Source: Bispira polyomma
Taxonomy: Eukaryota
DNA length: 64,000 nucleotides
Reading direction: 5' to 3'
Assembly (NCBI GenBank): GCA_965649765.1
Contig: OZ287756.1
Span: forward strand, 44,950,001 to 45,014,000
Position 1 is the first letter of the stretch, and every line of letters starts with the position of its first letter. Both the position numbers and the translations under genes were made by a program. The notes below the pieces were generated by a model, which saw only the letters and a program-made list of their open reading frames with translations, did no database searches and was not told where the DNA came from. Of the stretch, positions 1-12,700 are shown piece after piece.

Positions 1-3000
1 AAATTGTTTATGCACTGTAATGAAATAATATCAGGGTAATAAGACCCATATAAGTAATTTGATTCAAAATAAATTCACATGAAAACATTGGATGGCATTG
101 TGTGGCAAAAGAATGCTTAATCTTTTCATTAGAGTCACTGGAGTTTGTACAAGTAATATACAAACATAATAATAATTAAAATCTGAAACTATAACATTTA
201 TACTTTTCAGAGTGATAAAATTAATATACAACTTAAGTGAATAAATGTACCTTATTTTGTAATAATTTGCAAGTGGTAACATTTCGAGCATGATAGACAT
301 TTGCAGATTAAAATAAAAGACATTTTGACGTGAATTTTACTTTAATTAAAATAGAATACAGATCTACCTTGTGAGAAATAAGAAAAATCTGATGAGAAGT
401 ATGTTATGCAATGAATAAAACTAAATAAAAAAAAATAACCATAAGCCAGTGTTTGTACTATGCCTTTTTTACTTAGTTTTCAGGGTTTCTAAATTTGCTT
501 CCTTTTTCACTGGGTAAACGTTTATGTCTAACTAATCATGTTTAATTTTTTCTGTTTTCATCCACTATTTTGAGGATATTACTGTATCTCCAGTAAGGTA
601 AACTAGTCCATTCCAACTGAAAGAGTCATAGTTGCAAGTTTTGTAAATTGTCTGATTGACAAGACATATAAGGTGCTTATGCTCCAAAATTGTCTATTTA
701 TGGGAGAAAGTTATCACAATGGTGGATGATTGGTAAGCTTGTACAGGAAGCTTTTCAATTGACTTTTACAATTGTGCCCTAACAATTTGTAAAGGTTGAC
801 GATACTCAACTGGAGTGGTGAGGGTAAAACCGCCTTGACCAATCTGGCGAAGACTGATGGCATATTGACATGTTTTAAGTTACTAGTCCTGATGAGAGAA
901 GACAAGGGGTTTGTTCAAGTCTAATGGTTCTAAACGCCATACTTAAAAAATCTGGGCTGCTCTATTGGTAAGTAAAGTATATTTAGGTATGATAACAGTG
1001 CTGAATAGTGGACAGTCGGCACTAATTGACTTGGTACAGTGAAACTGATGTGAGGTCGTGGTTGGTATGGGGAGGGACAATTGTTTCATGGTAGGTGTGA
1101 CAAATAGTTATATCACACAGACCAGGGGGTTGCCTTTTTAAGTGTTCTTCAGGAGCCAAAAATGACACCATCATTGCGCATACACTACATATGGTGACAT
1201 GCGACTCAGTTAACACAGTTGCACAAAACTATGTATTTAGTATGAATACTACATGTGGCAATACCAAACTCAGTACTCGCAATATATTTGTTGAAAAGTG
1301 CTGAAGTGGTTTCGTGGTTTTCATCTAATCAACAGGTATCAGGTGAACTTGTTTATAGGTAGAAAAAGATAGTAAAAATTAACGACATAATAATCGACTT
1401 ACCTATTGACTAAAGAGCTTGGCAGGTAAACACAATGTCATTCAATTACCAATACTGATAAACTCTGGTTCTTGGGATAAAGTTTCCGTACCCAGTCCAT
1501 GTACGTTCCTTTGAAATATAAGTATCTACAATATGAGTCACCAACTCCAAAGGTGTGAATTTGAGTGAGAAGGCAGAGGAACACCAAGTCATTAAAAAGG
1601 CACTCTTTGGGTTTTTATTAGTTCTAATACATCTACATAACTAAAATTAGTATTCTACTACTATTTTATGTACAAGGTTTTGATATAATAATAAGTAACA
1701 TCACAGTTAAGCTAATCACTAATGCACTTAACTGTGCTCAATAACAACATTTACAATAGTTACAATCATATTATTCTCACATTAGTCAAGTTTGTATCAT
1801 GCACTTAACTATCAAATTCACATACTAAAAGCAAGTTTATAAATAACACAGCTGCATGGATTAGTTAATGTAAGTAAGAACATGCTGCATTAATTATTTC
1901 ATTGAAGTACATGCAATGTATACGCATTAAAAATAAAAGATAATTATAAAACATATAAATGACAAATTACTGATATAAAAACGTATAAATGTAAAGAAAG
2001 ATTGCCCCACTATAAGGTTAAAAGATTAAAAGAAATATTTTGAGTAATATATTGCACATTATGATATAGCTGTTTGTTTTAGTAATTTTCGTCAGGACGA
2101 CCTTCAGAAGTTTTTACCTTGTGCAGCCCTGAATTCCAGAGTTCGGTAATTCGATGTTTATGTCTTGCTGTATTTTCTTTAAGGTCAAGGCAACCCCCTT
2201 TACGAACAATCACAGCTCATTAAAGAACATATAATTGCGAGTTCAAAGCATCATGGCATGACATATATATTTTACTGGGTATTTATGTGAGGACAAAGCG
2301 TTCCTTCCATTGCATCTCACTGTCAGTTGGCATTTTCCCAGTGCCTTTGCTGTTGTAGTCATGCCACTTTGCTGGATTTCACAGTACCACTGGTATGAGT
2401 TTACCTCGCAAAATGCAGAAGACGGTATGCGTTTGGTAATTGTCACAAACATAACATTCAATATACATAATTATATAGTTAAGGTAACATATAGGTATAC
2501 AAATACAGGGACTGGGGGGGGGGGATTTTAGCAGCACTTTGAGAGGCAGATGAATTTTGATGCCTTTTCTCTCAAAACCAGGGGTTTTTATAGGCAGAAG
2601 CCCAAGTTAGCAGGTGTATAATAGCTGAAAAGAAAACATTAGTCATTAGCCTGGCAAAACCTAAAGGGAGAAAAAGGGGTAAACAATCCATTAGTTTCAC
2701 TTCTAGGACTGACATCTAGTGCGGCACCTCGCTCTAGTTTTGGTATGTGGTCATAATATGATTATTCTGTGTACTCAAAACTCAATTGAACAAAGGGATA
2801 TTTTGTAATAATCACTATTGCAATGTGCTAACAGTCCCACACAAATGTGTACAGTAAAATAACATCTATGACACTAGTAGAATAATTAAGGTCTGCTGGC
2901 TGAAGGCTTTGAAAGGTAATCCATTGGAAGTGGAATTCTTTGAAAAATATGGTTCGATTTGCGGTTAGGTGTAGAATGATTAGATGTGTGATATATAGCT

Positions 3001-3124
3001 GATGAAATAAAGCAACAATATAATTTTTAGCATGTATTTGTGTAACAGTGCACAAAGTACAATATATCTAGCAATAGCTCAAGTGGTTTATGTAGTTATT
3101 AGATATATAAGACATATCTTTCAG

Positions 3125-3737
3125 AAGACAACTTAACTGGGGAGCCTGGACCAGTTGGCTTTGCTGGTCAACTAGGTGCAACAGGAGATACTGTAAATGT
3201 TGGACAACCCGGTGAAAGAGGCAAGCTTGGAGACACAGGGTATACCGGGGAAAAGGCCCAGATGGGGTTGATGGTATTAAAGGCCTCGCAGGTCTGATTG
3301 ATGATACCGGATTAGCTGGAATCAAAGGGTTTACTGGACAACGAGGTCCCAAAGGAATTAATGGTGATACTAGAGCAACAGGTGCACATGGGATACAAGG
3401 TTCCAAGGGACCGTTAGGATCCAAGGGTAAACCAGGTCTTAAAGGTCAACAGGGGTTAGAAGGTATACGTGGAAATAAAGGCATTAAAGGTACAGAGGGA
3501 GAAAAATGTGTAATTGGTCCAATTGGAGAAAATGGTGCCAGAGGATATTATGGTCCATCAGGTGATAAAGGTCCAGAAGGTGCTCCTGGACCACCAGGCT
3601 CTAGGGGTAACCATGGGAACAATGGGGCTTCAGCCAAGGGCGATTCTGGTGATACTGGATACACAGGTCCAAGTGGTGAATGTGGAAGTACAGGACACAC
3701 GGGCAAGCCTGGTCCGGCTGGTAGATATATATACTGA
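3125..3737 (+). pseudogene. Degenerate copy of exon 2 of the plus-strand short collagen
   Basis: Homologous to 17336-17994. It has a -1 frameshift near 3250 (ggg g aaaa ggc), several Gly substitutions and a 45-nt deletion (GYR-GVK-GGS-GST-GDK) between taaagg microhomologies. No exon 1 is seen upstream. Confidence 0.9.
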
Positions 3738-6700
3738 ACAATGGATTTCTGCAAAAAAATGACAGTTCTTATGCTACAGTTGTCACTTATATGTATTAAC
3801 TTCAAACAGGACATTTTTGAGATAAATTTAGATTTGTGAGAAAATCCAGGGGTAGAACATCTAATAATTAAAGACAGTTTGATATTTATTAACTTTGATT
3901 CTTGGATCTTCAAATAAGTGGCCATGTTTAAAATACCCATTATAGATTAATTTGGTAAAGTGTCAATTCATGTGTAACACTAATATCCAATTTTAAACAT
4001 GTTAATTACCTTAGCATATGACATGTTTGCTACAAGAAACAATTGAACTTAAACTGACAATAAATTTAGGATTGATTTGTGTCTTAATTGCATAATTAGT
4101 CTCGAATATTTAGAATAATGAATACAAATATAGAAGTAATTTATTGAAATAATGATTTTAGTATTTCTTGAAGTCAATCGAATATTCAAAATATAATAAA
4201 TTGTTTCACGAACATGCTTTTTTAAACATCAAACCCTGCCATTGAAATAAATTTGTATTGACATTGTATATGGGTTGTAGCATAATATCTATATGGCTCG
4301 CGTTTAAGGTTGATCATACTTGCATTTAAGGACAAATTATTTGAAGTTAAAACAGTTAAAGTAATGCCGCGTGAATTTTTGTTTTTAAGTTTTACAATTT
4401 TTTTAATATTTAACAGTTAACGTTGGTAGTATGGTTCACAGCATGTATATTTAAAGTGTGGCCAAGTCACTCAAAAAGGTTTGAGAAACAGAAAATTGGA
4501 AGTTTTTAAGGGTTAATTTGACACTCATATATTCTGTAATTATAAGCGTGTACCCTGATTATTGATATTAACTTTGCCACAGAGAATTGTGATGTTTAGT
4601 AATATGTATATGCATCATCTACAGAATATGGGCCAGTTTGTGTATTTAATATTTTTATGAAGTTATTATTGTCTTGAAGTTAAGTCACATGCTGCTTCTT
4701 TAAATATGAAAAAAACAAAAGTAACTGTTATGATATATATGTTTGGTTTTTAGTATGACTGCTCGTTGAGAGTGTTTCCGGTTAAATAAACATGCTTCGT
4801 TTGTAGTTTCACTTGTATGTTGTGATACAAACATTACAGTAACCCTTAAGAGGAAAGTTTTTTAATGTATAAGATCATTAAATTGTGAATGCAGTGATGT
4901 TATTTTGATATTTTCTAGTCGTAACAATATCCATGCAAATAACTTGATTCAAAATAAATTCACCAGAAAAATACACATTTGGATATCACTAGGTATGTTT
5001 ACCAGTGGATATGTTGTCAATAATGTCAATTAAAAAATGCCCGTCAAAACTTCCTTGTTATTTAACTAACGTTATGTATGTTTACTGGGGAATTAAGTAA
5101 TCTTTCAGAGTCTACTATTTATGTTAATGGAGTATACAAAAATAATATAAATGGAATTTTTTATTTTTTTGGTAATGATTCCACTTTCCCAGAGTGACAT
5201 TTCATCCTTAAACAAGCAAATTAAGCTCTTAAATATACTTACGTCTGCATTGGTTTGCATAAGGAACATTTATGGGCCTCATAAACCTTTGTTGGCGGCT
5301 ATAATTGTGATTTGATCCTTCTTTGAGGTAAATTAAAGCCTTAGTATTTGTGTATGTTTAAGACAGCTTAATTAAAATGTTACTGTTCATACATCTCTAC
5401 GATCTTTTGTTCCCCCAAAGTAATTGGAATCAGTGACAATTAAAAAATCTAATCAAATTTATAATAAGTATTTGTACCAATACAGTTGATCACACTCTAG
5501 TCCCCTTAACCAAAAGATATATCCAGGCCAAATATAAAGATTCATCGATGCCAAATATATATTTAATCAAGCTGGAAACCCTAACTGAGAACATATGACA
5601 AGTATCATTGGTAAGGGCAGTGGGGTCAACTCTCGAAGTTTGTCATGTACTTTGTTGTAGGTTGTTGCTTTACAGTACAAATATTCAGTGTACATTGATT
5701 TTGGTTGGTTGTACCTTTGGTAGCACCTATATCACCTAAAGTCAGAGTAGATAAGATTGCTGATTTCAACCACCAATAAATCCTGCTACCAAATATATTA
5801 CAATAATTAATTAAAATATATATCAACAAAATATTGAATCTTATATTTAATATAGTTAATACAATGATAATAATAAATATTATTCATTAAATATAGCACA
5901 TTTTGAACATCACTGTTATCAAATGTACTTTGACATTATTACCCCAGCCTGGGTTCTACCACTTGTCAACCAATTGTTCAGTCTCAGCTCCCTCAGGAAG
6001 CATAGTAGCCGTGCTGTACAAAGTTTGAAAACACCCATTAGAACCGTGGCTCTGAGATCACTCAGATCAAAAGCTTGACAGTCTAACCGCTTGTTATAAG
6101 AAAGTACTAAAGCTTGTTGAATTAAATTTTTCATTTTCATTCCTCCTTTTGCATTTTACAACCCTGAGGATAATTTAACTGATATGCTTAAATGTGTTTA
6201 AAGAGTGAAAAATTTGTTGGAACTAAAATTGGAAAACTGCAATTATTTTATTAAATGAGTGTTGGTATTAAAGTGTCTATCATTATAACAATTCAGTAAA
6301 CAATTATCTTGCGTGAAGTTAAAGGTTCAGTAAAGCAAGGAAAGATATACATTCATTGGGGTGTACAACGCCATGTTTTGATGTTACCCAAAAGCTGTGA
6401 GATTTTGGCATCTCATATGCTATGTTTTTGAAAAGGCATTTTAATGCAAATGCAAAGTCTACAAAGATTTGTGCGGATATAACATACACATTTAAAGTAT
6501 TTTCTGTGTATATTTATGTACATTAACTTTCATTGAATTATTTTGTCCGATTATTAAATTATTTTCTAGTCGGCTTTTAAACATTTAGTTTAAAAAGCAT
6601 CAATGCAATTTTTCTTCACAGAATATGATATGGGTTGAATAACCATAGAAAGATGTGTTTGCAAATTTTATTCTATTTTTATTTTTATAATAAAGCAAAC

Positions 6701-6929
6701 AAGGGATTTAGGGAAACATCTATGTTACAAAATACTTATACACAGGAGACACCATGAAGTTACCATGAAAGATTCCTACTGTTTCCTAACCCAAACCATT
6801 GTATTTAATCTTCACATCCCTTTAAATGGTTCAGTACCACATATATTGCTAACTGGCAAGTAGAGGTCCACCACAAAGATAAGCTTTTGCCACTCAAAAT
6901 TTGTTTGTTTGCGTTTAATGTAATGCTGT

Positions 6930-7737
6930 TTAGGTTGACGAGTGCACCCACCTTTTTAAAAAGGTTAATAGAAAGAGTTTGATCAGGGTTGCAATATGAA
7001 AAAAGTGATACTTTGAAAACTAAATGACATATTCAAAACAATATTTCAATAGACTAAGAGGGGCCAACCTAAAGCTGTCCCTAGTGTAATCTTTTCCTAC
7101 ATAGATTAGAGGTTATAGGTAATGTTGCGTATTGATCAGTTAGGAGTTGGACAATTCAAACTACTATCAAACAAATTAGAAGCTTCTTCCTATTACCGTA
7201 ATTTCATCAGAAACTTTTCAACAATACTAATTAGACAGACATACACACCTATGACAAAATTTCAATGGACATCAAAATGTAAAAAAGTTTTCAGTAAGCT
7301 TAAGTCTTGTTAAGTAAGTGTACCAATTTTTACATATCCTGATATATCGAACCATTTATCTCAGACACTGACACAAGTACTGTTGGCATAGCAGCAGTAC
7401 TATCACAAAAATCTAATGTTCATTGTACAGAATTGGTACTTACAATTATGCAATCATTCATTGTTCTGTCAAACTTCATGGTAATGACGATGCACCATCA
7501 AAAAGGGCATAATTTAAAGCACGGAATGGTAGTAAGGACAATCATTAGTAACCCAACAAATGATGGAACATCATTTGAATCACGAATTCAGTGTTACACA
7601 TCAGATGATTGAAAAAGCGAGTCACAAAACAAAGACTTGTCATTGATTTTTGGAAGAATAAAGGTGTCAAGCCATCCTGGCATGATATTTTAAGATATTC
7701 TACCACCCTTAAAAGTTACTGGTCACAATGGTACAGG
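6930..7737 (+). mobile_element. Decayed Ty3/Gypsy LTR retrotransposon pol fragment (RT/RNase H)
   Basis: Broken motifs FGLTSAP, YYRNFIRNFS, FQWTSKCKKVFSKLK, DTDTS-VGIAAVLSQ and LKSYWSQW. Confidence 0.8.
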
Positions 7738-7934
7738 TAGACTTGCTTACAAGTCTTTACTGTTGCTAAAGCACTGTATGACGGCTTTTTAAACAGTTCC
7801 TATTCATTCAAAAGGGGGCAGCACCAGTCTTTTTATAACTGCCAGCTTCTTTATTTTATCCAAAATGTCAATCCACACAGGGATATAGAATAAAAGTCAT
7901 AATGCCCTTATTGAGGGACCTTGCACAAGGGCTA
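7738..7934. mobile_element. About 200-bp MITE-like insertion in the Gypsy remnant (also at 21921-22117 and 29909-30106)
   Basis: Imperfect terminal inverted repeats tagacttgcttacaag / cttgcacaagg(g/t)cta, flanked by a near-perfect 9-bp duplication tgggacagg. Removing it at 29.9-30.1 kb restores Gypsy-like WSQWDRLHIR. Confidence 0.6.
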
Positions 7935-7959
7935 TGGGACAGGTAGACTTGCTTACAAG

Positions 7960-8550
7960 GCAAATATCGAGGCTTCCCTACAAAACCCACTCTCATTACC
8001 TTTATTTAATATGTAATGCATTGACTATTAAAGTTCAACTTGCAAAATATTTTGTTCCATTTATATATAGTGCCATGAATAATGACAATCAGGTGTCTTC
8101 ATTGGGCAGTAGACTAGCTATTCAAGGCAGTACTTCTGCAGTTAGTAAAAACATTGTTGTTTTAGCAGATTTAGTGAAATATGATACATACTTTATGTTC
8201 AAAATGCAAACTTCTCACTAAATGAAATTGATAGTCTACTCTACTGAGTCCGATAAAACTATATCTAATGTCATCAAAGACTGTATTTTCTTAAGGGACG
8301 AAAGATCGACCAGGTTTTCTGTTCACGAGTTAACATATATGATCAATGTTCTCTGTATTGATTGATTAACCTGAATTTTATCTACAGTGTCTGATTGTAT
8401 ATCCAATGTATATAGTTTATGTGATTATAGAAAAACTACACACCAGCTGTTTTTTTCTTGTTTTTGTTTCTATTTCCTTCTTTGTAAACATTGTATGTAT
8501 GTCAAATTATTGTGCTGATTGTACAAATACTGAATAAATAATAATAATAC
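7960..8550 (+). mobile_element. 3' fragment of a non-LTR retrotransposon (second copy at 22143-22735)
   Basis: LINE-type C-terminal peptide ISRLPYKTHSHYLYLIC...IKDCIFLRD...ELTYMINVLCID, ending in an aataaa(taa)n tail. Confidence 0.55.
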
Positions 8551-9716
8551 AAACGAAAATCTGAAACTGTGTGACGGTAATATAATTCTACGCTTAAACA
8601 GAGATCTTTCATAGGTGTACATTTAAAACAGCCTAATTAATCTGGTAAAACATTGTTTCATCTCTTGACTAGTGATACAATCATGCGATACACTTGCTTG
8701 TTTATTTCACTTATTTCAATTCCAGATTAGTGTAATCGTTGACAATTCATAAACATGATCAATTGCTATTAAATATATTTTTCCTCACAATTTAATTCCC
8801 TGAATTGAACAATACTTTGATCGCAAGATAGTCTGCATTGCCTGTAGATTGGTAATGACTCACGTGGTTGAGCTAATTAAAGTAAATAAACCAAATTGCT
8901 CATTTTTCAAATGTTGATGGATTTAAGTAATAATTTAACAAACATATTAAATGTTTTAGCTGTTTTTAAATATTTTTAATACAAGACTAAGCCATACTAT
9001 ATCCCTATTTGAATATATTAAGACATATCTATTCATTTGCTGTAAGTTGTTGGTTTGAGGTACAAATGGAAAATGTAATGTAAAAGTAATCCATTGGAAG
9101 TTGAATTATTTAATAGATATGGTTAGATTTTCTAGGTGTCAGATGATATATAGCTTATGAAACAAAACAACAACATAACTATAATCATGTATTTGTGTAA
9201 AAGTGACATACAGTGCACAAAATATAAGATATCTAGCAATAGGTCAAGCGGTTTATGTAGCATATATATATCATAACAGCAAAGCTCAAGTGTTTAAGGT
9301 ATTGATAAAAACAATATGACAATATTGTTACAAGTCGACACACTTTAATGTTACTGGAGAATTATACAGACATACAACTTTAGGTTTGATTTTAGACTTT
9401 AGGGATTCTCTTTAATGTAGGAAATATTAAGCTTAATCAATTTTAGCTCGAGTGTTTAAGTTATTTGTAAAAAACATATTCCTCAATTTGACATACTCTG
9501 GTTGTGGTTTTCATCCAATCTATAGGTATCTGACAAACTTCTCCTGAAGTTATTTTTGAAATCAACTTTTGGTAGTGTTGACTTCTTGATAAGGGGGGGT
9601 TAGAACATAGCAAGCTTTAAAGCACCCCGGAAAGTTCCACTGAGTAAGAAAGATCTACAAGCTTAATGAAAAGAGCTAGCAATATTGATACAAGTTGACA
9701 CACTTTAATTTTCCGG

Positions 9717-12700
9717 TTATTCAAGATTGACACATATTTTGTCTAATTCGCCTGCTCGACAACCTTTTGGTCCTGTAGGCCCTGTACTACCAGTTGCACC
9801 TTGTGACCCTTTGGAACCTGTTGCGCCTGTGTCTCCTCTAGCTCCTCTACTTCCCATGTATCCACTGTACCCTCTGGGTCCTCTAGGCCCTGAAGTACCA
9901 GGTGAACCTTTCTGTCCTTTTGGACCCTGAAAACCAGTGTCCCCTTGCATACCATCTGGACCTGATACTCCAGGTAATACGCCTTGGTTGCCTGTGTCAC
10001 CAATATATCCAGTAGAACCAAGTTGTCCCTTAAAGCCTTTATCACCTGGTTGCCCATTGTCACCTTTTGCTCCCTTTTCTCCTGATTGGCCCAGTGAGCC
10101 CTTTGTCCCAGCTGGACCTGTTAAGCCTCTTTGTCCAGTACTGCCTTGCTGTCCCACAATTCCTGTTATACCTTTAATTCCATTACTTCCTTGTGAACCA
10201 GATATTCCTGCATTTCCACTTCTTCCAGTTGGTCCAGTCTGTCCTGACAACCCAATGACTCCTTCATCACCCTTTTGACCAACTAATCCAGTACTTCCAG
10301 TGTATCCTATATCACCAATAAGTCCTTTATGTCCTTTTATTCCAGTATATCCTGGCAGACCAACAGATCCTCTTGGTCCAGGTTTTCCAGTCTGGATTCC
10401 ATCTAATAAATAAACATAAATTACATGTAATGTTCATGTTAAAAATTGGCCAAAATGGTTATCATTTTTAATTTTAAGCTAATTGTTATGAAATGTGGAT
10501 GTCATTTACTAATACAGATAAAATATAGGTTATATGTATTTCATATTTTATAAAAGGTAGTCTACACAAATAACATAGCTGACACCAAAAAGGTAAATGC
10601 TAACATTAAGTATATCAAAATAGATAACATAAAATTCATATAGCCAAATGAAATCAAATATATTTGTCATTTCAAATAATCATAACTTGTATATTTTATT
10701 CAATCTGAATAGTTTTATCATCAAATGTTTTAATTTACATGTATCCCGATTATTGGATCACTAATATGCCCACATAAAGTAAGTTAGCCATTGATCAATG
10801 AAATTACACAGCACGACCCTAAAGGGGTATGCTTATTCAGTTCCCTTAGCAAATATATACCTTTACCTTAACCCCTAGGGGTCCATTTGAATACTGTTCA
10901 ATGGCCTCTCTTTCGATTGACCAATGGGAGACATTTGAACCCCAAATTTTACCTCTCACATGCTTACCCTACCATATTGAATTTCGTTTTACAAGAGACA
11001 ACATTAGAAATATTTTTGTGGGACACTTAATGATAAAGTGTCTGAACTTTACAGTCTTTTAGTATTTTAGTTTTTTACCTTGGAATGGTTTTAATCATAT
11101 ACATATTGTTTTAACTGTGAATTATATACCGTGTACACATGGGACGAGCTAAGAAAACACCGGCGAAAGCAGCACCCAAGTCGAGACGACAGAAGAAGTC
11201 TACTGTGAAGGGTACAAAGGGTAATGTAGCTTATAGTACTGACATGAATGAAAGTATAATAGGAGACCTACGGGTTCCGTCCGAGCAAGCTCTCTGCTCT
11301 CATCAAAATTCACCTCAAGCGGGAGGTTCCACCTTCCCGATGGCCGCCTCGGTAGATTTACAACACCCGGTGCCACAGATGCTGCAACCCGCTACTTCGC
11401 TTAATACTACCAGTGATAACGTAGCAATATTGACAATGTTGAATCGAATGGAGCAATCCAACGCTGACATAGCCCGTCGGTTGGACCAGATAGAAGCTAG
11501 GGGGCTTACACCGGTACAGACAACTGCCGTGTCCACTACAGCGTTTCAACCGGCTTACGTACCTTCACCAGTGGTGCAGCCTACCAACGGTTATGGAAAT
11601 ATAACCGCCTCGACTGCTTCAGTCGTGCAGCCTGCGTCCGTATCCAGCACAGCGCTTCCACCAGTTTATGTTCAGCCTACCAGCGGTTATGGACATTTGG
11701 TCGGGCCCACTACTACAGCTTCAACCTCAGCTGAATACACACGTGACGGAATTGTTCCTAGGACGGACGTCTTGAGGTCGATGCCCGAGGTGCAAGCCTT
11801 AGTGAATCAGCGGCTGGCTGAGCATGAAGTCAGGGCACAAGCTATCTTTAACCAAGGTAAGGTTAATTCGCGCCAGAAGTCGGGACGTTATAACAATACC
11901 GACACAGCGGCCACAGATCCGCGCATGAAATGGGCTAACGAAGGTTGGAGTGGGGGGTCTTCACGTAAGCGTCCAACGTTTGATGAGCTTTCCCTTCCAC
12001 ATTGGGCTGCAGGGCAGTTGTGTAATGCTTTACTGATAAGTGACAACCAGTTGTTACGGGATATGATCCAGCAAGTGGTACTCTCGCTGAAGGATGCTTC
12101 GTCGCTCCCCTGGGAGGTCGTCCGCACGGCTTGGGCGACAAGCATGCAGGAGGTCGAGGAAGGTCGCCTGACCTGGGACAACACTACTCAGTGGTCGCTC
12201 AACCGAATTAGCGCGTCCCAGACAGTGATGGCTAATTCATCTCACAACACAGGTTCGGCTGGTGCATATACGGGGAGATCCACGATTTGCAAGTTGTTTA
12301 ATTCAGGGAAATGTTCACAGAAGAATGATCATGGAAATTACAAGCATGCCTGTTGGCATTGTGCTACCATTTTGAATAAAGATTCGCCTCATCCTGAGTT
12401 TAAGTGCTACAAGGCCAATGCCACAAAACAGTTAGAAAATAAGCATAGTTAGGACATTGACCGACTACCAGTGAAAGGAACATTAGCAGTGAGTTGTAGG
12501 GACAGAACTGTAGAAACTAACGTATCTAAGTCAATAGATTTAAAAGATAATGGCATTGTAAACTATGACGATGAAGACATTTTGCTTAGCCATTTGCAAA
12601 TTATTCATAATGATAAACAATGCATGCATAATATGATTGATATTAATGATACCGGCATTACTACACAGTTTGAGGGTAACCAAATGGAACATAATGAGCA

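Noticed and set aside
2700-2740. Possible Helitron-like 3' end (short hairpin plus ctagt)
   Set aside because: No 5' end or second copy in the window; too little to call.
5626-6140. Small minus-strand ORFs repeated three times (also 19800-20323 and 28290-28813)
   Set aside because: Their recurrence is explained by the duplication. No recognisable domain or splice model; possibly a very old retroelement remnant.
9727-10278. Pro-rich ORFs opposite the collagen exons and alternative-frame ORFs (also near 3068, 17397, 23872 and 25895)
   Set aside because: Shadow frames of GGN-rich Gly-X-Y codons.
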